In this document: positions 1 through 13,624 of the stretch, in pieces
How the letters are laid out: every line of letters starts with the position of its first letter
Position numbering within the stretch: the first letter of the stretch is position 1
Assembly: GCA_964016885.1 (NCBI GenBank)
Contig: OZ024755.1
Span: 27,094,001 to 27,158,000 of the forward strand
Source of the DNA: Eledone cirrhosa
Taxonomy: Eukaryota
Length of the DNA stretch: 64,000 nucleotides
Direction of reading: 5' to 3'
Translations under genes and position numbers: made by a program
The notes under the pieces: model-generated
The model's input: the letters and a program-made list of their open reading frames with translations, nothing else
What the model was told of the DNA's origin: nothing
Database searches by the model: none

Positions 1-382
1 ACCGCATTAGCAAGACATTCTTGAATATTTAAGGGGGCCATGTGAAAATGATGTTAATGAGAACAAACCTTTGGTTTTACTTTATTACTTTTACACCAAG
101 GCAACTTTGGTACACATTACTGTCAAAAACTCCTGCCTCACCTCCTCTATATGTTATTGTGTATCTGGCACCACCTACACCAAGGTGACTTTGGTACACA
201 TTACTGTCAGAAACTCCTGTCTCACCTCCTCCATATGTTATTGTGTATCTGGCACCACTTATACACCAATTTGTTTACACTTGTAGTTGGTCATTGCTGT
301 TTTCATATCAGGGGGGGGGGGGGGTAACAATTTTTTTAGATGTTGAGGTGGGGCATGGGGCACAAAAGGTTGGGAACCACTG
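1..382 (-). mobile_element. hAT-type non-autonomous element end with internal 84-bp tandem repeat
   Basis: The terminus reads CAGTGGTTCCCAACCTTTT on the minus strand, a typical hAT MITE end. Same family as 18993-19518. Confidence 0.65.
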
Positions 383-1600
383 GTCTAGCCCTTCCAAATC
401 AACCCTCCCTCTGCAAGTCAATAAATGTCTGCTTTTTCTAACAAAACTCTAAGAACTCTAACTTTACTCATTCATCTTTATTCCAACTTTTAAAAAAATT
501 GTGAGCATTGGTTTCCATTGACAAGAAGCCAACATCCACTTCTAATTCTGTCAAATGGTTATATTTTCATCTGACCTTCATTGTTGATTATTGAGCTAAT
601 CCTATGCAGTTGTAATATCACCACTTGATAAATGTTTTAATAATTAAACTAATTATTGCCACAACATTAACATCAACTAAATACAAATATGTTCTATTCT
701 TAGATTTATTATTGTTAATAAGAAGAAACTTCTTTAGTTATAAAATATTAAAGAAATTTCTCCCTGTTGCATTATAAACCATTGAAAAATGTTCAATAGT
801 AACTAACTTAATTTCTGATTAAATACTATTAGTCATTCAGTAATTATTTCTGAAGTAATCTCATTAAAGCTGTTATATTGATTTTTGAACTACGTAACAA
901 TAGTTCTTCTGTGCTATTTTCCTTGGAGTACAGTAGACCTATAGATTTGATTTCTTTTCTCTAACCTCCATGAATGTCTGTATATTTAAGAGATGTTTCA
1001 TAGTAGGTGCCAAAATTTAGATACAAACTTAAAGCCTGTATTATTGATTAATTAAAGCTGTGGGTATTTATAGCCTTTCTTGACTATTTCACTTATAGAT
1101 GTCAAGTTACTTAGCTAGAGCTAAGCTGAATTGCAATTTTTCAGTAAGACTTGGTTCTACTCATTTTAATTTACTCCAGTTTGATATCTTATTAACAAAG
1201 ATTTCTAATATTGGCACAAGGCCAGTCATGTTTGAAAAAGCTACCGATGATTATATTGACTCTCATACTGACTGGTCAGGTACTTATTTTATTGATTCCT
1301 AAAGGATGAAAGGAAAAGTCAGCTGTGGCAGGACTTGAACTCAGAATATGAAGCAACATGACTAAATACTGCAAGGTATTTTTTCTGGCATACTACAAAT
1401 TCTGTCAATCTCCCACTCTAGTAGTAAATAATAATAACAATAACAATAATTTATTTATTGGCCACTAGGGCCAAAACACAAAGGACAACATAAATGAAGA
1501 GGGAGAGTGAGGGTTTACTTAAATTGAGTAAACTGAGAAAACAAAAACAGATAACAAAGTAACAATAAATTAACAACTACAACAATAATGATGATAATAA

Positions 1601-1912
1601 TAATTGTTTCTACTTTAGGCACAAGGCCAGTAATTACCCAGTGCATTACTGGTACTTTATTTTATCGACCCCGTAAGGATGAAAGGCAAAGTCAACCTTG
1701 GCGGGATTTGAACTCAGATCGTAAAGGGGCGTAACTATGCTGGAAAGCATGGCGTCCGACCCTCTACCGATACTGCCAATCCACCGCCTTATTAATTGTT
1801 TCTACTTTTGGCACAAGGCCAGCAATTACCCAGTGTATTACTGGTACTTTATTTTATCGACCCCCGAAAGGATGAAAGGCAAAGTTAACCTCGGCGGGAT
1901 TTGAACTCAGAA
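1601..1912 (-). mobile_element. tRNA-derived SINE family A (full copy 1601-1788 plus adjacent partial copy)
   Basis: Pol III A box (TGGCAGTATCGG) and B box (GAGTTCAAATCC); body gcctttcatccttacggggtcgataaaataaagtaccag; (ATT)n tail. Confidence 0.8.
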
Positions 1913-1947
1913 TGGCAAGTGCTGTAACTTGGGGAGGAGGAAGTCAA

Positions 1948-2179
1948 TTAACCCTTTAGCATTTACATTACTCTATATATATACTATTGTATTTTTGCAG
2001 TAGAGGCTTTACTTCACATAATTATCTCACATAATATCGAATCTATGAGATTTTGATATTATTTATTTTGAGAACAATACCTTTACATAAGTATAAGTTG
2101 CTGGTTACAGCCGGATTTGAACTGAAAGAGTTAAGAGAATTCTAGCTGGATATGGCCGATTTAAATGCTAAAGAGTTAA
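1948..2179. mobile_element. TTAA-flanked piggyBac-type MITE inserted in an older SINE
   Basis: TTAA-CCCTTTAGCATTTA...TAAATGCTAAAGAG-TTAA; SINE sequence resumes on both sides. A degenerate copy lies at about 2374-2583. Confidence 0.78.
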
Positions 2180-2595
2180 ACGACCTCAGTGCATGACTGG
2201 TACTTTATTTTATCAACCCTGTAAGGATGAAAGGCAAAGCTAATCTCCACGGGATTTGAACTCAGAACATAAATGGACATAACTCTGTCGCGGATCAGGG
2301 TGTCTGACGCTCTAACGATTCTACCAATCCATCGTCCTCAATAATAATAATAATATGTTATTAAGTATTTCATTTAACTCTATATATATACTATTGTATT
2401 TTCATGGTAAAGGCTTTACCTCCTAATTATCTCCCATAATATCAAATCTATGAGTTTTTGATATTATTTATTTTGAGAACAATACCTTAACATCAGTAAG
2501 AGTGGCCAGTTACAGCCGGTTTGAATAGAAGGAGGTGAGGGAATTCTGGGTGGATATGGCTGGTTTAAATGCCAAAGTGTTAATGTAATTAACAG

Positions 2596-2765
2596 AAGAG
2601 GGTCGGACGCCATGCATTGCAACATAGTTATGGCCCTTTACGATCTGAGTTCAAATCCCACCGAGGTTAACTTTGCCGTTCATCCTTACAGGATCTATAA
2701 AATAGAGTACCAGTAATGCACCGGTGTAGTTGCTGGCCTTGTGCCAAACGTAGAAACAATTATTA
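2596..2765 (+). mobile_element. SINE family A, 5'-truncated
   Basis: B box, family body and tail. Confidence 0.75.
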
Positions 2766-3134
2766 GGTTGTGTTATACCTGCATTAACTCTGCCACAATG
2801 TGTTTTAGTTGCAACATATGATATCAGATCTAATTACTTGCTAAATAAATACAATTCCAAGAAATAACATTTCAAGTTACATTGCTTGCATGTAAAAACT
2901 TCACTCCGACATATTGCATCTTTTAAAATTGTTTGCAAATTATATGAGACCATATAAAATTTAGAAGCATATTTGACTATCCTACTTCAGATTAAAGCTA
3001 TTGACCTGATCTTTTGTGAAAATTTACTAGAATACTTTCCAATTACTTTTTATTTTTTTAATTCTATCATCATTGTCGTCTTATGGCTGTTTGCTGATAT
3101 GGGTTAGACTATTTAGTAAATAGTAATTCTGTCG

Positions 3135-3278
3135 CAGCCAGTGTCACTGGCAATTGTCCGCGGGGCACAGCCCCTTTACTGCTGTGCCCTAGGCCCAGGG
3201 GCCAATCACCCTCGCCCTCTCCATTCTTCTGTAACACTAGAATTCTTGCCTTTCCCTTCCCTTCCCTTTCCATTTTCT

Positions 3279-3280
<2 letters not shown>
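3135..3280 (+). mobile_element. Short 3' remnant of the CRE-like element
   Basis: gtgtcactggcaattgtccgcggggcacag...ccaatcaccctc matches the 33765-33930 copy. Confidence 0.6.
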
Positions 3281-3357
<77 letters not shown>

Positions 3358-4254
3358 TTTCTTATTTTACATTCCATTCTTTCTTCTTAATAAAATACAT
3401 AAAATTTGAATGTCTTAAATATCAAAATTACTCAATATTCTTTCTGTAAAATAATATCTTAACTATAGACTAAGGCAATATTGGAAGAACTTGAATTCAG
3501 AAGTCAAAATCTAACCAGTTTAATTCTTTTTGGCAGTTTCGAAATCATGTAACCTCTTGTGTAATATGTTACCAAATATATTTGCACTGTTTTCAACAAA
3601 TATATCTACAGAGTTGCAAAAAGAAATCCTTTAGGGTAATTTCAGAAGTTGCTATTCTGTGGATAAACTTTTAAATTAAATCAGTTTTGATAGTTTTGCT
3701 ATGAAAGAGTAGCTGAGCTAGTTACGACTTCAGGCAATGAGAGAACAGGAATTCAGTAATTTTGATGTTGATGCTTGTATTTTAGAAACTCTTTCACAGC
3801 AGTACTAAAATATGTTTAAATATGATTGCACATATCATATTTAATGTATTTTGGCATATATTTCTATGATGTGTTGTAAATTTTCCAATTTTCTTTCATG
3901 TCTCAAATATGCAAAATAGCTTCTAACTAGTGATTTAAAATTATATTTAGGCATTATCATTTTATGTTCATTTTTCCATACTAGCATGGGCTGGAGGGCT
4001 TATTACAGGCCAAGTTAGTACTTAATTGGAGCTACTGTACTCGTAGACCAGCTGGTGGTCACATCTTGTTTTATTATTCATTGAGGCCTGACATCAGGGT
4101 TTTAAGGTTGACTGATCTTTAACAAAACATTAGTCAACCATTGGCTTTAGAATCCTGATACCCACCTTGCCAGATTGTGGATTGTGATATAATATGTTCT
4201 AAGGCAGGCTCATCCAACACCAACCAGTATAGAAAAAAGGCTGTCTTAAGTCAG

Positions 4255-4505
4255 AAGGCTTATTAGGCTGGTGCTTATCCCAGTTTCATGGCATGAAGTG
4301 ACTGAGAGTACAAGACTTCCCCCTGGACAAGACATCAGTCCATCGCAGGGTTAAACCCCCAGCCATTGCTGGTACTCATTTTTATACTGGAGCAATGTGA
4401 AATGAAGTGTTTTGCTCAACAACACAACACAACACACAACCCAGTCCAGGAATCGAACCCATAAGATTATGATTCTAAGTCCAACACCCTTACCACTAGG
4501 CCACG
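4255..4505 (-). mobile_element. tRNA-derived SINE with family-B-like head and a different 3' half
   Basis: Minus strand: TGGCCTAGTGG...GGTTCGATTCC, ttgagcaaaacacttcatttcacattgctccagt, then ccctgcgatggactg... Confidence 0.7.
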
Positions 4506-4914
4506 TTAATTGTTGATGTAGATAATGATGATGATGATGATGATGATGATTTCAGTAGTATAAGTTGTAAGCTCTAAACAGACTGTGTCTGTGATCCAGG
4601 TTTTATTTTTCCTTAAGTAGCTGTTTTGCTTTAGTCTGTTAGCCCTTTAAGCATTTAAACCAGCCATATCTGGCCAGGATTCTCTTCCCTCTTTCTGTTC
4701 AAACCGACTGTAACCAGCCTCTCATACTTTTCTCGTTGAATTATAGTAAAGTGGTTGAGTATATTCACAGATATTTTTCCTGTTAATATAATATCTTTAG
4801 ACATACTCAATGTGATGTTGTGTGACAAGCCTTTTGAATTACAGAAACAGTCTATGTGATAGGCAGTCACATGGGTTCTGTCAAATCTATTTTACCCACA
4901 AAGCTTTTCGCAGC

Positions 4915-5136
4915 TTAACCCTTTAGCATTTAAACCAGCCATATCTGGCCAGAATTCTTTCACCTCTTTTTGTTCAAACCAGCTGTAACCAGCCACATAT
5001 ACTTATATTAAGGTATTGTTCTCAAAATGAATAATGTCAAAATCTCATAGATTCAATATTACGTGAGATAATTATGTGAGGTAAAACCTTTACTGTGAAA
5101 ATATAATAGTACATATAGAGTAATGTAAAGGGTTAA
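4915..5136. mobile_element. piggyBac-type MITE
   Basis: Same TIRs and body, opposite orientation to the 1948 copy; a partial copy lies at about 4640-4727. Confidence 0.75.
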
Positions 5137-5886
5137 GGCTCTTCAGAAAAGTCCTGGCTATCACAATTTCCAACACTGGGTCATATTTAATCAAATAAGT
5201 AACTGTATGCTCTGTTTGGTTTGTATCATTTCTAGTATTGTTACTGTTTGCTAATTACAGTATCCTTTGTATATACAGTTTATATATAATTATCTTTTAT
5301 TGTTGTAATTAGTGTACACTTATCTTTTTGTAAATATAATTAGTGTGTAATTCTCATGTGTTTATATATATAATTGCTATTCAGCTGCACAAATATTATT
5401 AAAGAAGCTAGCAGATGATTTGTGCTAGACAATATAGCTTATGATATTTTCTTACATCATATATTTATGTATTTATCATGTTTTATATATCCCTGAAGGT
5501 TCTGAATCTCCATAGGGGTCAACTTTGTTCTCCCTCACTTTCTCTCTATCTCTCACTCTCTCCCTGCCTCTTTCTTACAATCTCTTTCTCCCACCTCTCT
5601 CTCTCTCTCTCTAAGGCACTCTCATCCAACAAACACCAGTATGGGAAAATGTGTTAAATGTTGATGATGATGATGAATGCAGTAGTATAAGTTTTAAACC
5701 CTTAACAAACTCTTTCTCTAACTCTTTCACTTTATCCCCCACTCCCCCTTTTCTCTCTCTCTCTCATTAATAAAGTAATGGTTGAGTACTTTGGTCAAGA
5801 GAATCATCTACATTAATCTCCCAAAAATGTGGGAAATTCTTATCTAAATAAAAGTATGTATGTTTGGAGTTGTGGACATACATGTA

Positions 5887-5918
<32 letters not shown>

Positions 5919-6139
5919 ATCATCATCGTTTAATGTCCATCTTCCATGCTAGCATAGGTTGGATGGTTTTGTTTCATTTGATACGGGAATGGTCGGGAGG
6001 CCGTGTCTCACTCGTACAGAAGTGTCTCTGTCAGGTTTTTTACAAATGGATGCCCTTCCTAACACCAGCCACATTTACAAGGGTATGTATGTAATAAACT
6101 GAAAGACAATCCATATGCCTGAGCTAGTTAGGTAGATTC

Positions 6140-6425
6140 TCTTCTTCTTTGCCCACTTATTCCTGAGAGGGTCATGAGGGAACAGTCCTCAACACTCCCT
6201 CCAGTGGGTCCTTCAGAACCAACCATCTCCAACTGATTCGGCTGGATCCCCAAGTTTTACCAGCGAAGCTCATGGATGGTATCCAACCATCTTGCTCTGG
6301 GCCTACCCCTGGGTCTCCTACCAGTTGGTTTTGCCTGTAAAATCTGTCCAGTGATTCTTTCCTGAGACATTCTAACCACATGCCCATAGTATCGGAGCTG
6401 TGATCTCTCAATCCGGAGAACATTC
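6140..6425 (-). mobile_element. RTE-like LINE 3' end, second family
   Basis: Homologous to 50220-50565 and 46740-47150. Confidence 0.7.
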
Positions 6426-6514
6426 TCGATGGTGTAATTTATGTGATTTAGTGAAATGTATATACAATTTATCTATTTATTTCCTGGAGGTGTGAATGCA
6501 GCATAGCTGAATGT

Positions 6515-6731
6515 TTAACCCTTTAGCATTTACATTACTATATATATTATTGTATTTTTGTGCTAAAGGCTTTAACTCATATAATAATCTCACTTAATAT
6601 CAAATCTATGCAATTTTGATATTATTTATTTTGAGAACAATAAGTATGAGCGGCCAGTTACAGCTGGTTTGAAAAGAAAGAGGTGAGAGAATTCTGGCCA
6701 GATATGGCCGATTTAAATGCTAAAGGGTTAA
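6515..6731. mobile_element. piggyBac-type MITE
   Basis: Perfect TTAACCCTTTAGCATTTA / TAAATGCTAAAGGGTTAA termini. Confidence 0.8.
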
Positions 6732-6969
6732 ACAACCCCTTAAAAAAACTAAAACAATGATATCCATCGCTGTCTTTGTTGGATCACTGGAATTAAACCA
6801 AAGTCTAACTGCAGCCCTTTGGACAAGGGAGGATGCACAGCAAGGGTCACTCATCACAAATAGAGTATATGTATCAATAATCTGTAAATACTCAAGAACT
6901 AGAATTTCTACAAAATGCGCAATGTTTTTTTGAGTAACATTTGCTGCATAGAAATTGTGCAGAAGCCCT

Positions 6970-8435
6970 TCATCATCATCATCATCATCATCGTTTAATG
7001 TCCATCTTCCACGTTAGCATGGGTTAGACGGTTTTGTTCCATTTGATGCGGGATTGGTCGGGAGACCCTGTCTCGCTCAAACGGAACTGTCTCTGGCTGG
7101 ATGCCCTTCCTAGCACCAACCACATTTACAGTGTGGACTGGGAGCCTTTTTACCGTGTCTCCTACACAACCACTTTACAGTGTGGACTGGGAGCCTTTTT
7201 AACGTGTCTCCTACACGACCACCTTACAGTGTGGACTGGGTGCCTTTTTACCGTGTCTCCTACACGACCACCTTACAGTGTGGACTGGGTGCCTTTTTAC
7301 CGTGTCTCCTACACAACCACTTTACAGTGTGGACTGGGAGCCTTTTTACCGTGTCTCCTACACAACCACTTTACAGTGTGGACTGGGAGCCTTTTTACCG
7401 TGTCTCCTACACGACCACCTTACAGTGTGGACTGGGTGCCTTTTTACCGTGTCTCCTACACGACCACCTTACAGTGTGGACTGGGAGCCTTTTTACCGTG
7501 TCTCCTACACAACCACCTTACAGTGTGGACTGGGAGCCTTTTTACCGTGTCTCCTACACGACCACCTTACAGTGTGGACTGGGTGCCTTTTTACTGTGTC
7601 TCCTACACGACCACCTTACAGTGTGGACTGGGAGCCTTTTTACCGTGTCTCCTACACAACCACTTTACAGTGTGGACTGGGAGCCTTTTTACCGTGTCTC
7701 CTACACGACCACCTTACAGTGTGGACTGGGAGCCTTTTTACCGTGTCTCCTACACGACCACCTTACAGTGTGGACTGGGAGCCTTTTTACCGTGTCTCCT
7801 ACACGACCACCTTACAGTGTGGACTGGGAGCCTTTTTACCGTGTCTCCTACACGACCACCTTACAGTGTGGACTGGGTGCCTTTTTACCGTGTCTCCTAC
7901 ACGACCACCTTACAGTGTGGACTGGGAGCCTTTTTACCGTGTCTCCTACATGACCACCTTACAGTGTGGACTGGGAGCCTTTTTACTGTGTCTCCTACAC
8001 AACCACCTTACAGTGTGGACTGGGAGCCTTTTTACCGTGTCTCCTACACGACCACCTTACAGTGTGGACTGGGAGCCTTTTTACCATGTCTCCTACACGA
8101 CCACCTTACAGTGTGGACTGGGAGCCTTTTTACCGTGTCTCCTACATGACCGCCTTACAGTGTGGACTGGGAGCCTTTTTACTGTGTCTCCTACACGACC
8201 ACCTTACAGTGTGGACTGGGAGCCTTTTTACCGTGTCTCCTACACAACCACTTTACAGTGTGGACTGGGTGCTTTTTGTCCACACAGTGGACGGAAATGA
8301 GAGGATGGGGTAGGGTGTAAGGGTGGGGCTTATATTGGGTTAAGAGGTGCCTACTGGCTGTAGGTTTGTATGCAAGGGAAGGCGGGTCTTCTGTACAACT
8401 GCATGGCGCCAAACATCTCGATCCAGTGACATTGA
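6970..8435 (-). mobile_element. RTE-like LINE 3' end containing an expanded minisatellite
   Basis: (CAT)n tail at 6970; 8300-8435 is homologous (reverse complement) to 38775-38900. Confidence 0.75.
7128..8277. repeat. 49-bp minisatellite, 23 full units plus a partial unit
   Basis: The unit acagtgtggactgggagcctttttaccgtgtctcctacacgaccacctt starts at 7128, 7177 ... 8255 (exactly 23 x 49). Confidence 0.97.
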
Positions 8436-8699
8436 TATATTTTTTCATTGTACTGTGTTGTTTACTTGTTATTTCTGTTTACTTTTTACATATATATGTG
8501 TGTGTGTTTCCTTATATTCATCATTTGTTTGTGTCCCATGACTTAGCAGTTCAACAACAAAAGATCAATAAAATAGTACCAGGCTCGAAAATAAAATACT
8601 GGAGTCAATATGATTGAATAAATCCTTTCGAAGCAGTATTTCAACATGGCCACAATACAATATAATGGCTGAAACCAGTGAAGGAATAAAAGAATATAC

Positions 8700-8931
8700 C
8701 TGTGTGTGTGTATATATGTATGTGTGTGTATAGATATATATGTGTGTGTATATATATATATATGTGTGTGTGTATATATGTATGTGTGTGTATATATATA
8801 TATATATGTGTGTGTATATATATATATATGTGTGTGTATATATGTATGTGTGTGTGTATATATATATATGTGCAAACCCATGCAAGCGTGGAACACGGAC
8901 GTTAAACGTTGATAATGATGATGTGTGTGTG

Positions 8932-8985
<54 letters not shown>

Positions 8986-9037
8986 TGTGTGTGTGTATAT
9001 ATACATGAGTGTGTACATGTGTGTTTCTGTATATATG

Positions 9038-9094
<57 letters not shown>

Positions 9095-9130
9095 TGTATA
9101 CATATGCATACACACATATACACATACATT
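8700..9130. repeat. (TA)n/(TG)n compound microsatellite with a LINE-tail remnant
   Basis: Direct inspection. Confidence 0.95.
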
Positions 9131-9672
9131 ATGTATGTGCATACATAGAAAAACAGATACAACATATAGAAAAAAAAAGCAGCTACGTTTGTGTTTTGTA
9201 AAATTAATGGATTGTATTTTTAGTCCATTATCATGTCTAAGTAAAGAAATTTTATTATTTTTCATTGCTAACACTTTCCATTACACATCTACTCTTTGTA
9301 GTTGAAGTAATGGAAAATATTCTTGATATTTCTTCATACTTAATCAATGGTTTCTATATTTTATTTAAGAAGACTGATATAAAGTCACTGAACTGCTTTT
9401 ATGTTTGATAGATTGATAGATTATTTGTATACCAAGAAATACACATTTTAAAGTTGACAATTTTATCTTAGAATAAGGCTATGCCTTTGATATGGGATAG
9501 GTGCTGATAATAGATTTTATGGTAATAATATATTACTGGTAATTGTTTTATAAATTTTTAATCCAGTAAATTACTTGTACTTGTTTTATTAACTAAACAG
9601 ACAAATAAAAGCAGCTCTTAGTGTATTTGGGGCACATCAGCCTAGTTGACAGGACTATAGATATCTGAGATA

Positions 9673-9940
9673 CAAGTAAAATTCCTTTATAATGAATACT
9701 ATTATAACAAGTTTTTCTGTATAATGAATGTGGACATGGACAAACGCTCAATTTGTAATAACAATCAAATGCTCAATTTGTAATAACAATCAAATGCTCA
9801 ATTTGTAATAACAATCAAATGCTCAATTTGTAATATAATCAAACGCTCAATTTGTTTCAGTTGATCTTGTTATAAAGAATTTTTCGTTACAACAAATTTT
9901 TTTTTTATACACTGAATTTCGTTATAACGTAATTTCACTG
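9673..9940. mobile_element. Degenerate pogo/Tigger-like MITE with 25-bp tandem repeat (9741-9855)
   Basis: The right end is gttataacgtaatttcactg-TA; caaatgctcaatttgtaataacaat is repeated about 4.5 times. Confidence 0.5.
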
Positions 9941-10325
9941 TATATGAATTGTAATTACATAGTCAACTAAGAGGTTAGCAGTTCATATTGTCATCTTAAT
10001 TGAGACAGATGGATTAGATTTGGTCTTGGTTTTTGAGAATATTTCAAGGACTACATTCATCACTGTCATTAACATTTTCATGTCCACTTTTCCATGCTGG
10101 TGTATATTGGACAGGACTTTTCGAGTCAGTGTTTTATGGTTGGGAGCCCTTTCTCAAGCTTTTTATGAGTGGGAAATGGAAAACAAAATTTTATCAACAA
10201 TTGTTAGCGACTCTCAAGGAGAAGGGGATATGAATTTGGATAATTAAGTTAAAGAGTGATGTACTGAATGCCATACACAATATATTTTTGATATATATAT
10301 ATGTATGTCACGACAAAAAAACACA

Positions 10326-10779
10326 CAGTCCACGCTGTAATGTGGCCGTGTAGGCAACACGGTAAAAACCTCCCAGCCCCACACTGTAAATGTGGTTGGT
10401 GTTAGGAAGGGCATCCAGCTGTAGAAAACCCGCCAGACAGTCCACGCTGTAATGTGGCCGTGTAGGCAACACGGTAAAAACCTCCCAGCCCCACACTGTA
10501 AATGTGGTTGGTGTTAGGAAGGGCATCCAGCTGTAGAAAACCCGCCAGACAGTCCACGCTGTAATGTGGCCGTGTAGGCAACACGGTAAAAACCTCCCAG
10601 CCCCACACTGTAAATGTGGTTGGTGTTAGGAAGGGCATCCAGCTGTAGAAAACCCGCCAGACAGTCCACGCTGTAATGTGGCCGTGTAGGCAACACGGTA
10701 AAAACCTCCCAGCCCCACACTGTAAATGTGGTTGGTGTTAGGAAGGGCATCCAGCTGTAGAAAACCCGCCAGACAGTCC
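10326..10779. repeat. 112-bp tandem repeat x4 inside a LINE 3' UTR copy (10305-10885)
   Basis: cagtcc recurs at 10326, 10438, 10550, 10662 and 10774. Confidence 0.95.
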
Positions 10780-11040
10780 TATGCGAGCAAGACAATCACT
10801 CTTGCCTCAAGTGGGAAAACCCCCGTCCAAACCCATGTAAGCGTGGAACCCGGACGTTAAACGTTGATGATGATGAAGATGATGATATGTGTGTGTGTCA
10901 GTGTTTCTGCATCCAAAAACCCTCTGGAATTGCTTGGTGTGAGTGAGACTACTCACGGCATCATTACATCTATTTCCTATCCACATAATCTCATTTGTGA
11001 TGTACCCTCTCTTAGCGCTGTTAGGAAGGGCAGACCTGAA

Positions 11041-11068
11041 GTGTATATAATATATGTGTATATGTATG

Positions 11069-11123
<55 letters not shown>

Positions 11124-12370
11124 ATATGTATATATATATATGTGTATATGTATATATATATGTGTATATGTATATGTATATATATGTGTATATGTGTATA
11201 TATATATGTGTATATGTGTATATATATATGTGTGTATATGTATATGTATATATGTGTGTATATGTATGTATATATGTGTATATGTATATATATATGTGTA
11301 TATGTATATATATATGTGTATATGTATATATATATGTGTATATGTATATATATATGTGTATATATATATATATATGTGTGTATATATATATATATGTGTA
11401 TATGTGTATATATATATGTGTATATGTATATATACATGTGTATATGTATATATATATATATGTGTGTATATGTATATAATGTGTATGTATATATGTGTGT
11501 ATATGTATGTATATATGTGTATATGTATATATATATATATATGTGTATATATATATGTGTATATATATGTATATATATATATGTGTATATATATATATGT
11601 GTATATATATATGTGTGTATATGTATATATATATGTTTATATGTATGTATATAATGTGTATATGTATGTATATATATATATGTATATATATATATATGTA
11701 TATATATATATGTGTATATGTATATAATATATGTATATATGTATGTATATAATATATGTGTATATGTATGTATATAATATGTGTATATGTATGTATATAT
11801 GTGTATATGTATGTATATAATATGTGTATATGTATGTATATAATATGTGTATATGTATGTATATAATATATGTGTATATGTATGTATATAATATATGTGT
11901 ATATGTATGTATATAATATGTGTATATGTATGTATATAATATGTGTATATGTATGTATATAATATGTGTATATGTATGTATATAATATGTGTATATGTAT
12001 GTATATATATATATATATAAATGTGTGTGTATATGTATATATGTGTATATATATGTGTGTGTATATGTATATATGTGTATATATATATATGTGTGTATAT
12101 GTATATATGTGTATATATATATATATGTGTGTGTATATGTATATATGTGTATATATATATGTGTATATATATATATATGTGTATATATATATATGTGTGT
12201 GTGCATATGTATATATGTGTGTATATGTTATATGTATATTTATATATGTGTATATGTTATCTATATATTTATATATGTGTGTATATGTATGTATATATAT
12301 ATGTGTGTATATGTATGTATATATATATGTGTGTATATGTATGTATATATATATATGTGTGTATGTATGC

Positions 12371-12429
<59 letters not shown>

Positions 12430-12500
12430 TGTATATGTATAGATATATATACGTGTGTATATATATATATATATATATATGTGCATGCACGCACATACAC
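11041..12500. repeat. 1.46-kb (TA)/(TG) compound microsatellite
   Basis: Direct inspection. Confidence 0.97.
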
Positions 12501-12794
12501 ATTGAAGAAACAGAAAAGCAGCTTGAAAGTATGTATAATATTTTTTTTTTATTTTAGATCAGATTAAAAAAAAATGTCTTCAATGCTATTTTAGTGGTTT
12601 TTTGTTTTAGTTTTAATATCGTTAAATCACTAAGAAAACTATTTCACTGTAATTTGTAATTTGTAAGTAGTTTTCTCGGTATTTATTGTTAACTGGAACT
12701 TTAGGCAGCAGCAGCAGCAACAACAGCAGCAGTCATATCTAAAATCAATAACATTAATAAGTATGTGGGGAGGGGGGGATAGATGGATGGACAG

Positions 12795-12845
<51 letters not shown>

Positions 12846-12848
<3 letters not shown>

Positions 12849-12914
12849 ATGCTTGCATGGAAAAATTGGTGTAAAATGGTGATGATGATATATATATACA
12901 TATGTATATATTTA

Positions 12915-12956
<42 letters not shown>

Positions 12957-13023
12957 CATACTAGCATGGAAAAATTGGTGTAAAATGGTGATGTTGATAT
13001 ATATATACATATGTATATATTTA

Positions 13024-13075
<52 letters not shown>

Positions 13076-13144
13076 CTCATGCTAGCATGGAAAAATTGGT
13101 GTAAAATGGTGATGATGATATATATATACATATGTATATATTTA

Positions 13145-13177
<33 letters not shown>

Positions 13178-13308
13178 GTGTATATATATATACTCATGCT
13201 AGCATGGAAAAATTGGTGTAAAATGGTGATGATGATATATATATACATATGTATATATTTATGTGTGTGTGTATATATATATATATATGTATATATATAT
13301 GTATATAT
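12846..13308. repeat. ~110-120-bp composite tandem repeat (LINE 3' tip plus microsatellite) x4
   Basis: gcatggaaaaattggtgtaaaatggtgatg recurs four times. It recurs again at about 13650 and inverted at about 13850. Confidence 0.88.
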
Positions 13309-13624
13309 GGAGGCACATGGCTTAGTGGTTAGAGCATTGGCCTTGCAATCGAAAGGTTGTGAGTTCAATTCTCAGACTGGGTGATGTGTTGTTTCCTTGA
13401 ACAAGACACTTTATTTCACATTGCTCCAGTTTACTCAGCTGTAGAAATGAGATGATAGGGACTGTAAAGTGGTCGTGGAGGTGCCACAGCAAAAAATGCA
13501 CCCAGCACTCACTGTAAATGAGGTTGGTGTTAGGTTGTAGAAATCAAGCCAGAATCAGTTCCCATCCCACCCTTGCAAGCAGGGAAAAAGCGGATGTAAA
13601 ATGAAATGATGAAATGATGATGAT
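13309..13624 (+). mobile_element. tRNA-derived SINE family B (CORE-like middle, RTE-type tail)
   Basis: A box TGGCTTAGTGG and B box GAGTTCAATTCT; ccttgaacaagacacttta; tail shared with the LINE 3' UTR. Confidence 0.78.

Noticed and set aside
7128-8277. CRISPR-like appearance of the 49-bp array (also 21028-22630 and 10326-10779)
   Set aside because: The units are contiguous with no unique spacers, there are no cas genes, the context is eukaryotic, and the units derive from a LINE UTR.
7034-8313. Long ORFs (371, 340 and 257 aa) over the minisatellite
   Set aside because: A stop-free 49-bp unit read in rotating frames produces them; there is no splice or homology support.
10890-11040. Unique 150-bp island between a LINE tail and the long microsatellite
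   Set aside because: I could not assign splice sites, homology or structure, so it is left unannotated.
10807-12567. ORFs up to 559 aa rich in Y/I/H/T/C/V
   Set aside because: They are translations of TA/TG microsatellite.
13309-13385. tRNA-like sequences (also at 19975, 37123 and the family A heads)
   Set aside because: They have A and B boxes but no proper cloverleaf or acceptor stem, and they continue into SINE bodies.
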